Notes: a model not told the origin generated them from the sequence alone. DNA of 64,000 nt from Lama glama (GCA_028534125.1 CM052817.1:24368001-24432000), one strand, 5' to 3'; shown: positions 13,843-26,098, counted from the first letter of the stretch. Numbers and translations are program-made.

Positions 13843-15056
13843 TGCATGAATTTTGTTTGTAAAAAAAATTAATCTATACATCAAGGAAGGTCAATGAACT
13901 CCCAAGTAGGATAAACTTAAAGAGATTCACACCTAGATGAATTATAATCAAGCTGTCAAAAGCCAAAGAAAGAATCTTGAAAGCAGCAAGAAAGAGGTGA
14001 CTTATCATCTACAAGGAATCCTCACTAAGATTAACAGCTAATTTCTTATCAAAATCACGGAGGCAGAAGGCAGTGAGATGATATTCAAAGTGGTGAAAGA
14101 AAAAACTCAATCAATAATTTTATATCCAGAAAATTATTCTTTAAAATGGAGATGAAATTAAGATGTTCCTAGGCAAACAAAAACTTGAGCTAATTCTTCA
14201 CTAGCAGACCAGCCCTATAAAAAGTACTAAAGGGAGTCCTTCAGGCTGAGTTTAAAAAAAATTACATAGTAATATGAATCCACATGAAAAAATAAAGAGC
14301 ATTGGTAAAGGTAATTTTATAAGCAAATATAAAATACAGTATGAAAGTATATTTTTGTTAATTATTCTTTTTCCCCTCCTAAATGATTTTTTAAACTACA
14401 TTAAGCAGTAATTATATTGTGTTGATATGGATACAGTGTTTAAAGATGTAATATATACAACAATAGTAATACAAAGAAGAGGGGGAAGGAGTGGGGCTAT
14501 ATAGGTGCAAAGTTTCTACACTACTAAAATTAAGTTGATATAATCTGAACTATATTGTAAATAAAAATTTTAATTATAATTATCAAGGAAGCACTTAGAA
14601 AATAACTCAAATATATAATAAAAGAAATAACAGGAAATTTAATGGTATACTAGAAAATATCTAATTAACACAAAAGAAATCAGTAATAGAATATCAAGGA
14701 GAAAAAAGGCATAAAACATAGAAAAAAATAGGAAAATAACAGACATAAATCTTACCTTATCAGTAATTACATTAAGTGTAAAGGGATTAAACACTCCAGC
14801 AGACATTGGTAGGGTGGACAAAACATAATGAACCAACTATATTCCATTTACAGAGGATGCATTTTATACTAAAAAGGCACAAATTGGTTGAAACTAAAAG
14901 GGTGGAAAAAGCGATACCATGTATGAAGCAATCAAAAGAGCTGTGCCGACCAACTAATAAAAGACAATATACACCTTAAAACCAAAATTGTCAATTAAGA
15001 CCAAAAAAAAGTACATTTTATAATGCTAAAAGCATCAGTTCATAAAGTGTAACAAT

Positions 15057-15146
15057 GGGGGGTCCAGCTCAGTGGTACAGTGAGTGCTTAGCGCACATCA
15101 GTTCCTTGGTTCAATCCCCAGGACCTCTATTTAAAAAAAAATAGAA
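15057..15146 (+). mobile_element. Camelid tRNA-derived SINE (Vic-1-like), short form
   Basis: G-run start, A-box agctcagtggta, B-box ggttcaatccc, A tail; imperfect TSD aaagtgtaacaat / aaaatgtagccaat. Confidence 0.8.
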
Positions 15147-16077
15147 AAAATGTAGCCAATATAAAACTATATGGCCCTGACAACAGAGACCCAAAATACA
15201 TAAAGCAAATACTGACTGAACTGAAAGAAGAGATAGACAATGCAACAAGAACAGTTGGAGACTTAAGCACCTGACTTTCAATAATGGATAAAAGAGGTAG
15301 ACAGAAGATCAACAAGGAAGTAGGATATACAAATATTAACTCAAAATGGATCAAAAATTCAAATGTACAAGATAAAACTAAAAAACTCGTAGAAGAAAAT
15401 ATAGGTGTAAATCTTTGTGACTTTAGGCAACAGTTTCTTAGAACGACACCAAAGCACAAATAACCACCAAAAAATATGATGTATACTGTCCTTTAAGGCA
15501 CAAAAGTTTTAAAGCTTAATGACATACAATTTATCTATTTTTTTAATATTTACAAGTTGTGTATCTGATGAGTCTAGAATCTTTAGAACGTATTTTTAAA
15601 AAACCCTTAAAACTCAACAATGAAAAAAAAAAAGTTGGTAAAATAGTCCTAGGATTTGAATAGATTTTTCTGCAAAGAAGATATACAAATGGCCAAAAAG
15701 CATATGAAAAGATTCCCAATGTCATCTAGGAAATTAGTGAAATGCAAATCAAAACCACAATGAGATACCACTAAATACCCACTAAGATGGGTATAATCAA
15801 AAAGACAGGTAATGGCAAGGATGTGGAGAAATGGGAACCCTTATACATTGCTGGGTCAAACGCAAAATGGTGCAGACACTTTGGAGAAGAGTTTGGAAGT
15901 TCCTCAAAAAGTTAAACATAGACTTAGCAAGAAGCTCAGATAGTCCTCTCCTGGATATTATCACCAGAGAATTGAAAACATATGTTCACACAAAAACTTG
16001 AACATGAATGTTCATAGAAGCATTATTCATAATCACTAAAAAGGGGAACAAACCAAATGTCTGTCAACTGATGAATG

Positions 16078-16676
16078 TGTTACCAGGAGGAGGGGAATAA
16101 AAGTTACCTTAGTTCTTAGTCACCCCAAAAACGTGAATTTCTAACAAGAGACAGAGAGCATGATATAAACAGAAGATTTTATTAGTGAAGTAAAAAGGTA
16201 GTAAAATATAGTTCACCCCCAAGAATTGGTGGCGGGCCAATCCAAGAGGAAAATTTGCGCCACTCCTTTGTTTGTCATGTTCTTATATCCTGGCCTAGGG
16301 GGCATCTTCATAATTGATTGACAGCTTACGTTCTTTGAGTGCTCAGGCTGATTGACAGCTCATGTTCGTTGTGCTCAGGCATGCCCATCTCTTTTATGTG
16401 TATTTGTACCGGTGATACACACAGAGAAACCTATCAGAGAGGGCTCAAACTGTAATGTTAATTACATTATAATGAGCATTGGGTCAAGTTAAGCTGGGTC
16501 CTTCTCTCTACTGTGCAGCCACAGAGTTCGATTCTAGCCAGCTTCTTTGCTGACCTTCATTTAGGTCATATTTTTGGAGCCTCTTATTCTGAGTGCAGGT
16601 ATTTGTTATTTTCTGGGTTGCTCCCTCCACCTCCTCCACCCTTGCTCAGTGCTCATTTCTATCTAACTGCCTAACA
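16078..16676 (-). mobile_element. ERV1-class solo LTR inserted in the L1 3' region
   Basis: TGTTA...TAACA inverted termini; 4-bp TSD AATG/AATT (1 mismatch); host L1 resumes across it (caactgatgaatg|gatatacaaaa); tttatt (~16178) and cttata (~16282) give AATAAA and TATA-like signals on the minus strand. Confidence 0.82.
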
Positions 16677-17599
16677 AATTGATATACAAAACATAATATA
16701 ATCATACAATGGACTATTACTCAAACATTAAAAAAAAAGAATGACGAGCATGCTACAGCATGGATGATCCTAGAAACATAATGAAAAGTAAAAGAAGTCA
16801 GATACAAAAGGCTACATGTTGTATGGCTCTGTTTTATGAAAGGTCCAGAACAGACAAATTCAAAGAGAGGAAAGTAGATTAGGGTTTTCCAGGGGCTGGA
16901 GGGATAGGAGAAGGGTAAGTGACTGCTCTATGGGTATGGGGTTTCTTTTTGGAGTGATGAAAATGTTCTGGAATTAGATGGTAAATGTTGGTTGCACAAG
17001 CTTTTGAATATACTAAAATCATTGACTTGTACACTTTAAAATGGTGAAGTTTATGGTAGTTTAATTATATGTCAATAAAATAAAAGAGAATCCTCTGATA
17101 AAGTAGCATTTGGACAGAAACTTGAAGGAATAAAGGGAGCAATCTACCAGGTATCTACGGGAAATGAATGCAAACAATGTAAACTGTAGAACTGACTCCA
17201 TAGTTCAATATCTAATATTCTTGTTCTTATTTTTAAGTTTTTCTTATTGTCATGGCATAGTTTAATGTAGCCACATTTTGTGTAAATAATGAGGAGAGTA
17301 AATAAAATGTTAAGAGACTTAGGAAGGGGAGATTTAATTATTGAATCATGAAAAAAGACAGGTGGAAATTAGAAAAAATATGAGAACAATTAGAATAAAC
17401 TAAAAAGATCTGTAGAAAAAGGAAAAGAGGAAGATGATAGCATTGGATATTTTATATATTTATATTTATATTTATATATTTTACCCATTTCTATATTAGT
17501 AAAGAAATGAAACACTGGAAATATAAAGATGGGGTATATCTCATATTATATCAATTTTATATCATATTATATCAATTATAGCAATTTCCTTGGGAAAAT

Positions 17600-17760
17600 T
17601 TCTTCACTCTGTGTTCCTCAATTTCCCATGTCCTATACAAGGCACGGGAACAATAATGCTGTGAGAAATGTATAAGGTATTTCACCTTATTCAGTAAAAT
17701 TCTGAATTTGACACTTGGTAGACCCTCAATATAGAATAATTATTCACAACAATCATCATA
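17600..17760 (+). mobile_element. MIR SINE fragment
   Basis: cttgggaaaatttcttcactctgtgttcctcaatttccc. Confidence 0.55.
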
Positions 17761-18394
17761 ATAGACATTAAACAAATTCTGAGGGGGGGTCTTAGCTTTT
17801 GAAAAGTAAAACTATATGTTCAAATATATATTTTTAAGAAGGATGAGATATGTGGAATATATATATAAAGACTCTGCATTTTAGTTATTTAAATATTAGT
17901 TTAATCATAGAAGTTTTTATTTTAGTAAAACAGCATAAAAGATTATGCAAAGAGATATTACCTATATTTTAAGATTTAATTGATTAGAAACTGACCTTTG
18001 TTACAGAGATAAGAAGATATTGAGGCTAAATTAAAAGAAGTTTTCCACATGCCCTCAATATTTTTAGAAAACAAGCATGTTATGCTTAAAACTATTTTGA
18101 GAATAACACTGTGGTGAAAAACAATACCAAAAAATCACTTTGCTAATTAAAGCATCTGAAACCAAACAACTGCTTTTGGGAATTGATCTTGCTGGTTTAC
18201 ATGCTAAAAGGGAGTACTTCTCATATTTCCCTCAAGTGAGATAAAATTAGTGAAAAATCTGGCTAAGTGAGGATGAGCAGAAGTTGACATATTTGAATAG
18301 TTTGGCTGGTATATGTCAGAATTTTATTTTAAAAAAATGCTAGAGAAGCTGTAAGCTTCTAGGAATCAAGGCAATCATGAAACAGGGGAAGGTT

Positions 18395-18565
18395 ACTGGA
18401 TTAGGGGTCAGAGGAAACGGGCCATGTACCTGGCTCTGAATACTCTCTAGCCAGAAGATCTTGGCAAGTTAACTCCTCTGTTTCTCAATTTCTTCTTTTC
18501 TAAAAATGGGAGGATCTTACTTGGAGGACTATGTGATCCTCCTCAATTCTAATATTGTATGGTTC
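18395..18565 (+). mobile_element. MIR3/MIRc-like SINE
   Basis: ggattaggggtcagagg...tcttggcaagttaactcctctgtttctcaatttcttc...ctaatattgtatggttct. Confidence 0.65.
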
Positions 18566-19089
18566 TTTCTAATACGTCCTCTTCTAGAAAAAAAAATTCC
18601 AAGGCTGAATTCAGGCTTTTTCTAAGTAAGTATTATCAATAAGGTAGCTGTGAATTCCACAGTGTGGGTCAGCTTTGCCTTAGTGGTAGTTGGCCATTAT
18701 ATGGTGCATCTTTCTCTAGCTCCTTTTTCTTCTTTCCTGTTGCGGTTCATTCTGCCTTTGAGAAAATGCTCAGCTTCTACTATGAGCCTGTTGTTATACC
18801 TAAAGCCAGAGGGATATTCAAAATATATAGCAACAAGTATAGCACAAGCATGAAATAACACATCAGGACACTAGCCATACAGACACATATTAGCCCTGCC
18901 TAGAACTAGAGGCAAAACTTGAGTGATTTAGATGAACTTCATTTAGATAAACTTCATTAAAAAACTTCATAAATATTTGTGTTCTTTGATAATATGTGTA
19001 CATGTACATACATGCATTTATTGAAGTGGGATTGTATTCATGTCAAAACATACTTATTTTATACATTGAATTACCTTAGTTATGTTTAA

Positions 19090-21235
19090 GAAGCTCAAAG
19101 AGATGAATAAAGGAATAATATTCACTAACACTGAAGAAAAAATACTTACCAGAAAAGGAGAAACATAGAGATAATATGAAAGAAATTGGAAAATTTGGAA
19201 ACAGAAAAACCATCATTAAAATTTTAATATTATTAGATAGGATAAACTCTAAGCTGGAAACAAAAAATGAATTAGAGAATTGGAAGGTGTTGGTGACAGT
19301 TTTACCCATAATGCATCATGCATCAAAAAGAGATAAATAAATTTAAAATATGATAGGAATTAGGAGTCAGGGAGGATAGACAAGACATTAATGGCAGATC
19401 CAGTAGAAAACAGAGGGAGTAGGAAAAAACACAATACTTAAAAAAATGTTTAAAGGAAATTTTCACAATTAAAGACGTAAGTCCTTAAATCCAAAGTACA
19501 ACATGATTACAGAGCAGGAAACAATTAAAATAAAGGAAAAACAAAAAAAAAAGAGATCTTGCTGATCTCTTTTACTGACACTACAGAAATCAAAGAAACA
19601 GGGCAGGAATCTGAAAAGTTACCAGAGGGAAAAGAGAGCTTAACTTCAAAACAAACAAACAAAAAAAGACAATCAGATTGACAACAGACTTTATTTACAC
19701 TGGCAACAACAGATGCCAGAAGACAAAGGAGATATATCTACAACATGCTAAGGAAAAATAACTCTCAACCTTGAATTTGATATGTAACCTAATGTTAACC
19801 AACAGCAAAAGAAAAATTAGGACATATTCAACTGCAAATATGCAAAGAGAATTTACCTGCCAGATACCTTTTTAAAAGCAATTCATGAAGGGAAAGTCTA
19901 CTTAGAAGAAAACTGACCCAGAAGAAAACAAAATCAAACCAGGGAATGCTAAATTCAGAAAACTGGCCAATATAGCTTTTAAAATCTTACTTTTTGTACT
20001 AAAAAGAGAAAAACTAAAATTCTAGAAAACAAAAACAACATGCAGCAGGTGTTGAATGGGCAGTTGTACTGGGTCATTGATTTTTCAGTAGTTGTACAAA
20101 AATGCAAAATTGTGAGTAAGTAAGCATTTTCAAAATGTAAGGGTATTGCAAAAAAAAAATGGAAACATGGTCTATGACTTACAAACCATAAGAAGGAAGA
20201 AAAGGAAATAATTATTTATGATCCAACAGAAAACATAAAGGAGACAAAAAAAGTAGTAAACAGAAAGGATGGTAACAGAATATGTAAATTAAGGTGGTAG
20301 AAACAAAGCTCCTATAGAAACATTTTTCTCTTAAAGTCAGTGTTGGGGGGAAGGGTATAGCTCAGTGGTAGAGTGTATGCCTAGCTTGCACAAGGTCCTG
20401 GGTTCAATCCCCAGTACCTCCATCAAAAATAAATAAATAAATAAACTTAATTACCTATGCCCTAAAAAAATTTTTTTAATTAAAAATTAAAGTCAATATT
20501 CAGTCCTGAAAATCAGATATTCTACATAAAGTGCTAACCACAAACCTGTCTTTATTTTAAGGGGCAGAAAAATGTGAAGTTTCAATTTCAATTTAAAAAT
20601 TTCAATTTAAAAATTCTTCACCAATTTACAGTTTCTCTAAAATAAAACTAAAACATAGTAAAATGTCCAATTGTATAACTAATAAATTATAATGACAGGA
20701 TATGAAATGTTTAATGCATTGCTCCCTGATCATCAATTAATATGGTTGTTAGCAAACAACTGCTTTAAGTCCAGTGACATAGTCTTCCCAGAAGCCAGGA
20801 ATTCTGAGTCACACTTGCCCTTTGTTGATATTGGTCCATTTATCAAAATGTCTGCAAGTGAGTCTGAAGTTCTTTTTATTGCATTTGGAATATAACACAT
20901 GACTTTTCTTATACAGCAATTTGTTGAAATTTGGGGTATTGGATTGGATGTAAACATAAATTTTTCATGTGTAAACATCAGCCAGAAAGCCTTGTATTGA
21001 GAAGTATGACTGTTCTAAGAAGGCATTGTTAAGGAAATTGTTCTGGAAAAACATTAGTAAGAAAGATATTCTATGGGGTATAATTAAAATAAATTATAAT
21101 AATCAAACATACCAATTAAAAAAGATTATCAGGCTGGAAATATAAAACAAAATCTAGTTATATGCTACAGGAAAAAGACACACCTAAAATGACCACACAG
21201 GTGGTTGAAAATAACAGCATAGGGAAGATATACCC
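19090..21235 (+). mobile_element. Very old L1 (L1ME/HAL1-like) ORF1 to ORF2-start remnant, interrupted at ~20310-21080
   Basis: A-rich decayed ORF1 (aatcagattgacaacagactt...agatgccagaagacaa); ORF2 start resumes at ~21085 (ccaattaaaaaagattatcaggctgga...tatatgctacagga). Confidence 0.65.
20345..20486 (+). mobile_element. Camelid Vic-1-type tRNA-derived SINE
   Basis: ggggggaagggtatagctcagtggtagagtgtatgcctagc...ggtcctgggttcaatccccagtacctcca plus (aaat)n tail; TSD ttaaagtcagtgtt (20331-20344) / ttaaagtcaatatt (20487-20500). Confidence 0.9.
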
Positions 21236-21244
21236 TGAGTATTA

Positions 21245-21555
21245 AATAATAGTAGGTTCTTTTATGAGTGACAGAAAAGTCAAAAGGATCGTGCTTAGGC
21301 ATGTTGGAAGTTAGCTAGCTTGTCTCTCCTATAAACGGAGTTTGGAGGTCAGTACCTAGGGCTGACAAGGCAGCTTCACTCGATGGAATCTTACTTAACC
21401 AAAGCTTCTTCCTCTTCACAGCTCTACCACCCCTAGGCTGAGACCCTCACTCTCATGGTCCAATATGGTAGAATCTACATTCTAGGTGGCAGGATTGAGG
21501 AAGGAATGAAGAGAGAAAAAGAATGTGCCATCCATCTTAAGGAATGTTCCTCATG
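21245..21555 (-). mobile_element. Old MaLR LTR fragment (MLT1J-like)
   Basis: gagtgacagaaa...ggaggtcagtacctagggctg...ctcatggtccaatatgg. Confidence 0.55.
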
Positions 21556-21745
21556 CTTTACACATACAAATCCACTTAATCCTCAAATAGTCCCAAGAAA
21601 TGAAAACTGATGTCATTGCAATGCAGAAGGGGAGACTGAGGCACAGAGAGAAATGAGTTGCCCAAGTCACATGACTAGTTAAGTGGTACAGAATTAGAAC
21701 ATAGGGTGTCTGACTCCAGAGCTTGTATTGTTAAACACTACAATA
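21555..21745 (-). mobile_element. MIR SINE
   Basis: gagactgaggcacagagag...ttgcccaagtcacatgactagttaagtgg...tgtctgactccagagc. Confidence 0.8.
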
Positions 21746-22369
21746 CTGAAAAATAGCTTAATTTCTCTGGACCAGCATTCTTTTATCTGTGAAATCAAAA
21801 AGATGGTATAGATGGGGGGTTCAAAAACTGATGTCAAGTGTGCCAAATAAGGTCTACAAATGAGTTTTATTTGGTTTTTTTGTTTTGTTTTGTTTTAAAA
21901 TTCCTTTAAGTAGGACATGCACTACCCAATCTGCCAAGACCTTACTACCTCCCTATACTTTCTTTTATATCAGCTTTTGTTATCATTACCTTCTGGCACC
22001 AGAAGACATTTAAGTTGGAGACACATAGATAAGATGGTTTCCCTTCTAGCTCTACACTGCTATCAAGGGAGGAAACAGTTTTCTGAGGAATGTTCACCAA
22101 AATCATCCATAGTGTACTTGATTGAGCCTTACGTAAATAAAATAGCTCCAAGAATTACTAGAAACTTCATTAAAATGAAACAGTTAACAAGGTGTAAGCA
22201 GCTTGTGTATCCTTTACTAAATTTATATATACTAAATATATACGGCAAACTGCGAACTCTAGAGATTAATATGATGTGGTGCTAATATTAGTTTTCAACC
22301 CACATTCTTTACAATATGGGGACACCCCCAGAATACAACTGGTTAGTAAATAGTCTATCCATTTGCTTT

Positions 22370-22582
22370 TGTTTTACTGGTGTTTTTAAAGCAGTTTTAG
22401 GTTCACAGAAAAAGAGGGGAAGGTACAGAGATTCCCATGTGTACTCTATCCCCACACATGCATAGCCTCCCCCTTTATCAGCATCTCCCAACAGATGTTG
22501 ATATATTTGTTTCAGTTGGTGAACCTACACTGACACTCACAATCACCCAAAGTCCATAGTTTACATTATGGCTCACTCTTTT
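22370..22582 (-). mobile_element. L1MC-type 3' end
   Basis: gcagttttaggttcacagaaa...gtacagagattccca...gaacctacactgacac...cacccaaagtccatagtttacatta. Confidence 0.85.
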
Positions 22583-24116
22583 GTTCACCTAGTTTTATAT
22601 TCATCTTCTACTTCATTACCTTGATTTCATGTCTCTGACCTAAACCACCTGAATATGCTTCTTAATTAAAGTTATGCTGACCCAGTGGTTGCTTGTTTCA
22701 GGACCAATATGCTAATTGAGAGGACTTCTCAATATCTCTGTCTGTGATTGCTTGAGGTTGAGTGAGGCTTTGAAATCTAAACCCACTGCTTCATCTACCA
22801 GGTCATGGCTCTTGCATTCCTTGCTTTGACACTGGCTGTTTGTTTCCTTTCCTAATGGCTATTGTACTTTGCTTCTGGAGCTGTTTGGGTGCAGGCAGAG
22901 AGAAAGAAGGTGGTTAAGTTTACCTACCTTGTGGTTTAGCTATCAAGTGTAACAAAAGGACAAAGGAACAAGGGAGTGAGAGCATCTTTATAGTGACAAA
23001 CATTAAGTCCACATTGGCAAAGGGGAAAGTGAAGATTAAAAAAAAGGCTGATGGACAGGAACAAATTGGGGAACACATGCTCTGGGAAGGATTAGGTTCC
23101 CTGATACATCGAAAAAATATTGAAGTATCTTTTTTCTGTGTTCTGGAAATTAGGGTATGGGTGAAAGCATTGAAAGGTAAGCTCTCACAGGAGAAATTAT
23201 TTGAATTGATGCTACATTTGCTCTCAATAGAAATGTTGCAGTTGATTAATCCATAAATCAGTAAAATGATAAGTAGGATAAAAATCACATTGGAAATAAA
23301 TTAATTAACAGACCTTAGATAGTCTAAAAACTGAATCATGATAAGGAAGCAGGTTGTCACTTCTCATTAAGACTTCAGAATTTTAAAAAAAAAACTGCTT
23401 TCAGAGACAAGAATGTGCTGCTAAATTCAATACTTCATCAAGAGATGAGGGCATGAAGGAGAGCTACTGAAAAGAAAAGAAAAGAAATGAATGTTTTCTC
23501 TCCCCAGTCTGTTCCAAATGGAGTCATATAATGATGGATGTTTTAATTTACTTAGCGTGCTCCAAAGAGCAGAAGGCAGGTTAATTCCATGGATATTTGC
23601 ATATTTAGAAACCATTACTTAAAGAAATAGCACATCATCAAATAGTTAATTCTTATAAGGAAATATGATTCCTGAGTTGTGTCATATGATATGAAAAGAA
23701 AGAAAATAAAATAAAACGGAAGGAGGTATAACAGGTTCTAAAACTTTTCATGATGAAGACTTCTAAGTATAAAGTGCATGTGTAATCAAAGCATGTGTAT
23801 CTGAATGACAGTTTAAAATATGAATGAATGTGTCCCACACACCCCCTGTCTCTTCCTAAGGCACTTTTTTGGACCACCTGGCCCTTCCCCATTCAAAACT
23901 AGATTAACGTTTAATCTATCCCTTGCCATAGGGTAGATTTTAACAGCTGAACACAGATCACAAGGGAGTCATCTCTGTCATGTTCGAATCATCTAAAGTC
24001 TCTTGAAATTTACAACAGAGGCACTAGTTTGAAAGAAAAGATGTTCTGAAAATCAAAGCAAAGCCCTGAAGGACCTGAGATATAAAGTTTATGCCATAAA
24101 AAATACATTTGGGAGA

Positions 24117-24325
24117 ATAGATAAAGGCCATGATAACCTTATCCCCTGAATAAAAATTCTATCAACTAGGAAAGAGGGAAGAGTTGCCAAGTGAAAGAAG
24201 AGAGAACATATCTCAGTGTGTCCCTGACAGGGATGCTGTGTCTTACCCCTTACCTGAAGTCCAGAAGCGGTTGAGGAGCTTCACAAAAATTTATGTAAGT
24301 TGTGGGTCTGTAATTCCAATTACAT
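24117..24325. repeat. Local duplication copy 1 (segments A 24117-24195 and B ~24200-24325)
   Basis: A matches 26099-26177 directly; B matches the reverse complement of 26182-26305. Confidence 0.95.
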
Positions 24326-25106
24326 GTTATATGCGTTAGGAATGTTGGATTTTTTAAATCCTCATTTTTATAAGGTTACAGGTTTGGAGAATTGAAAGCA
24401 GAGGTTTGGAATCTGTGCCTTGCCTTGCAGGGGAAGAAAAGACACCCTATGACTGGGGAACCATCAAAGTGAAAATGATATAAGATTAGTAGTTAGGCAG
24501 ACACACCTAAAGCATCCTCTTAGAGTTCTCCTGCTTCCCAATGTGGCACAGGAACAAACAGAACTTTCCTCATGTGGCCAAGAATGATGAGGCTATGTCC
24601 TAGAGAGCTGAGAGCCCTGACCCTTGGAAGGCCTGGTGGTTGAAATCATGAGGGCACTGAGGTAATCCACATGGACCAACAAGTGAAGGATAGAGGCTGC
24701 TGAGAATGTCCCAAGGGACACCAGCCTGGTTGCCTTGGGACCAGATGTTCTTTGCTTTCTCTCTGCCATATCCTCATTCTCATACCTTGGCACTAAACCA
24801 GATCCTCAAGACTTAGGCAAAATATTGGCATCATGAGGAATAAAGTTAATGATTAGCTGAGACAACCAGGAATTGACTATCAAAACCCAGAACTTACTTT
24901 TTGGAGAATTGGAGGACATGAAATAAAAATTAAAATCTTCTTTAGTAAGAAATAAAGTAGATTTTTTTTTCTGCTCTGGAGTTTGTGCTTGAAAAGTTAA
25001 TGGCATCTTCAAGTACACACAAAATCCAGACCAACAGCAGAGATGCATTATGGGGCAGATATTCATTTTTATGAAAAAATTATTTATTTTATAAAATAAT
25101 GCACCA

Positions 25107-25269
25107 GATTTCAATGTATACAAATATTGAATCATTATGTTGTACACCTGAAACTAATATAATGCTATATGTCAATTATACCTTAATTTAAAACTTTAAA
25201 AATAAAGAAGGAATAATGTATATATTATATATCTAACAACATCTAAAAATAAATAAAAAGTAAAATAAA
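25107..25269 (+). mobile_element. Short L1 3' end with 16-bp TSD
   Basis: gaatcattatgttgtacacctgaaactaatataatgctatatgtcaattatacc; TSD ataaaataatgcacca (25091-25106) / ataaaatactgcacca (25270-25285). Confidence 0.85.
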
Positions 25270-26098
25270 ATAAAATACTGCACCAAGAAATGTTTTTCAA
25301 AGTTCTTTACTCTAAATGCATATAACATATCATTGGAATTATAGAAATGTAATTTATATAAATTTGGGGAAACTCCTCAGTTATCTAAAGCCTACTTAAC
25401 AAAACTCAAGCATCCACATTCCTACAGAGCTGAGGGAACTCATGCCTCTTTCATTTAGAATCCAGTCAGAAACAGCTGAGGTTAACGTGAGTGAGCAAAT
25501 GGACAGGCTATGTGCATAGGAAAGTGGAAACACTTGCAGAGATGTGATGGTGAAGTTTGAGCCTCCTTTGATGTCATTCAAAAAAAGTTCAGTTGTAGAT
25601 AGGGAGGAATTCGATTGGGGGTGAACACTGGAGAACCACATGTGTACCAGCACATGTGTGCAACCATGGGAATAAAACAAAAAGAGAAACAAGGAAATTC
25701 TGTAGGAGGTGGAGCAGGGTTGTTTAGCAATCACCGTAGCCTGATGAGTAGGATGAGTTTCTCTCAAGTCCTCATTTTTGGAGCTGTTTCTCCCACCTGC
25801 AATGTGAATATGGGTGCTTGTTCATCAGCTTGATTGCTCGATAAGTTGCAGAAGACAGAGTATGGTCTGGAGAGATCCAGTCATGTTTAGGACTGCCCTT
25901 CACCTCCACCAATTAGCCTCATTGCACCCCTCTTTCCCACTTTACTCTTATAAGCTGCTCAGGGCATCACCTGTGAACTTGAGTTCTCTTTCTCAGGGCA
26001 TAAAATGTGCCAGCAAAGTTTCAATAACCACCTTATTTCTTTAGTCACAAACTAGGTTTGAGCAAGAGTATGAAATGGAATGAAGTATGGTATGAAGG

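Larger units (their letters stand above)
13846..17085 (+). mobile_element. L1MB-type LINE: ORF1 C-terminal half, ORF2 endonuclease and C-terminus (RT deleted), 3'UTR; interrupted by a SINE and an LTR
   Basis: Decayed EN motif YGPDNRDPKYIKQILTELKEEIDNATRTVGDLST at ~15170-15270; L1MB 3'UTR (gggtatggggtttcttttt...gaaaatgttctggaattagat) ending at an A-rich tail. Confidence 0.88.

Noticed and set aside
15127..15459. 110-aa hydrophobic minus-strand ORF
   Set aside because: Antisense reading of A-rich L1 ORF2.
20345..20425. tRNA-like sequence with A and B boxes
   Set aside because: SINE head with A-rich tail and TSD, not a tRNA gene; the same applies to 15057-15130.
22920..23288. Overlapping 122-aa and 87-aa ORFs in non-repeat sequence
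   Set aside because: No recognisable protein similarity, non-ATG starts, no convincing splice sites.
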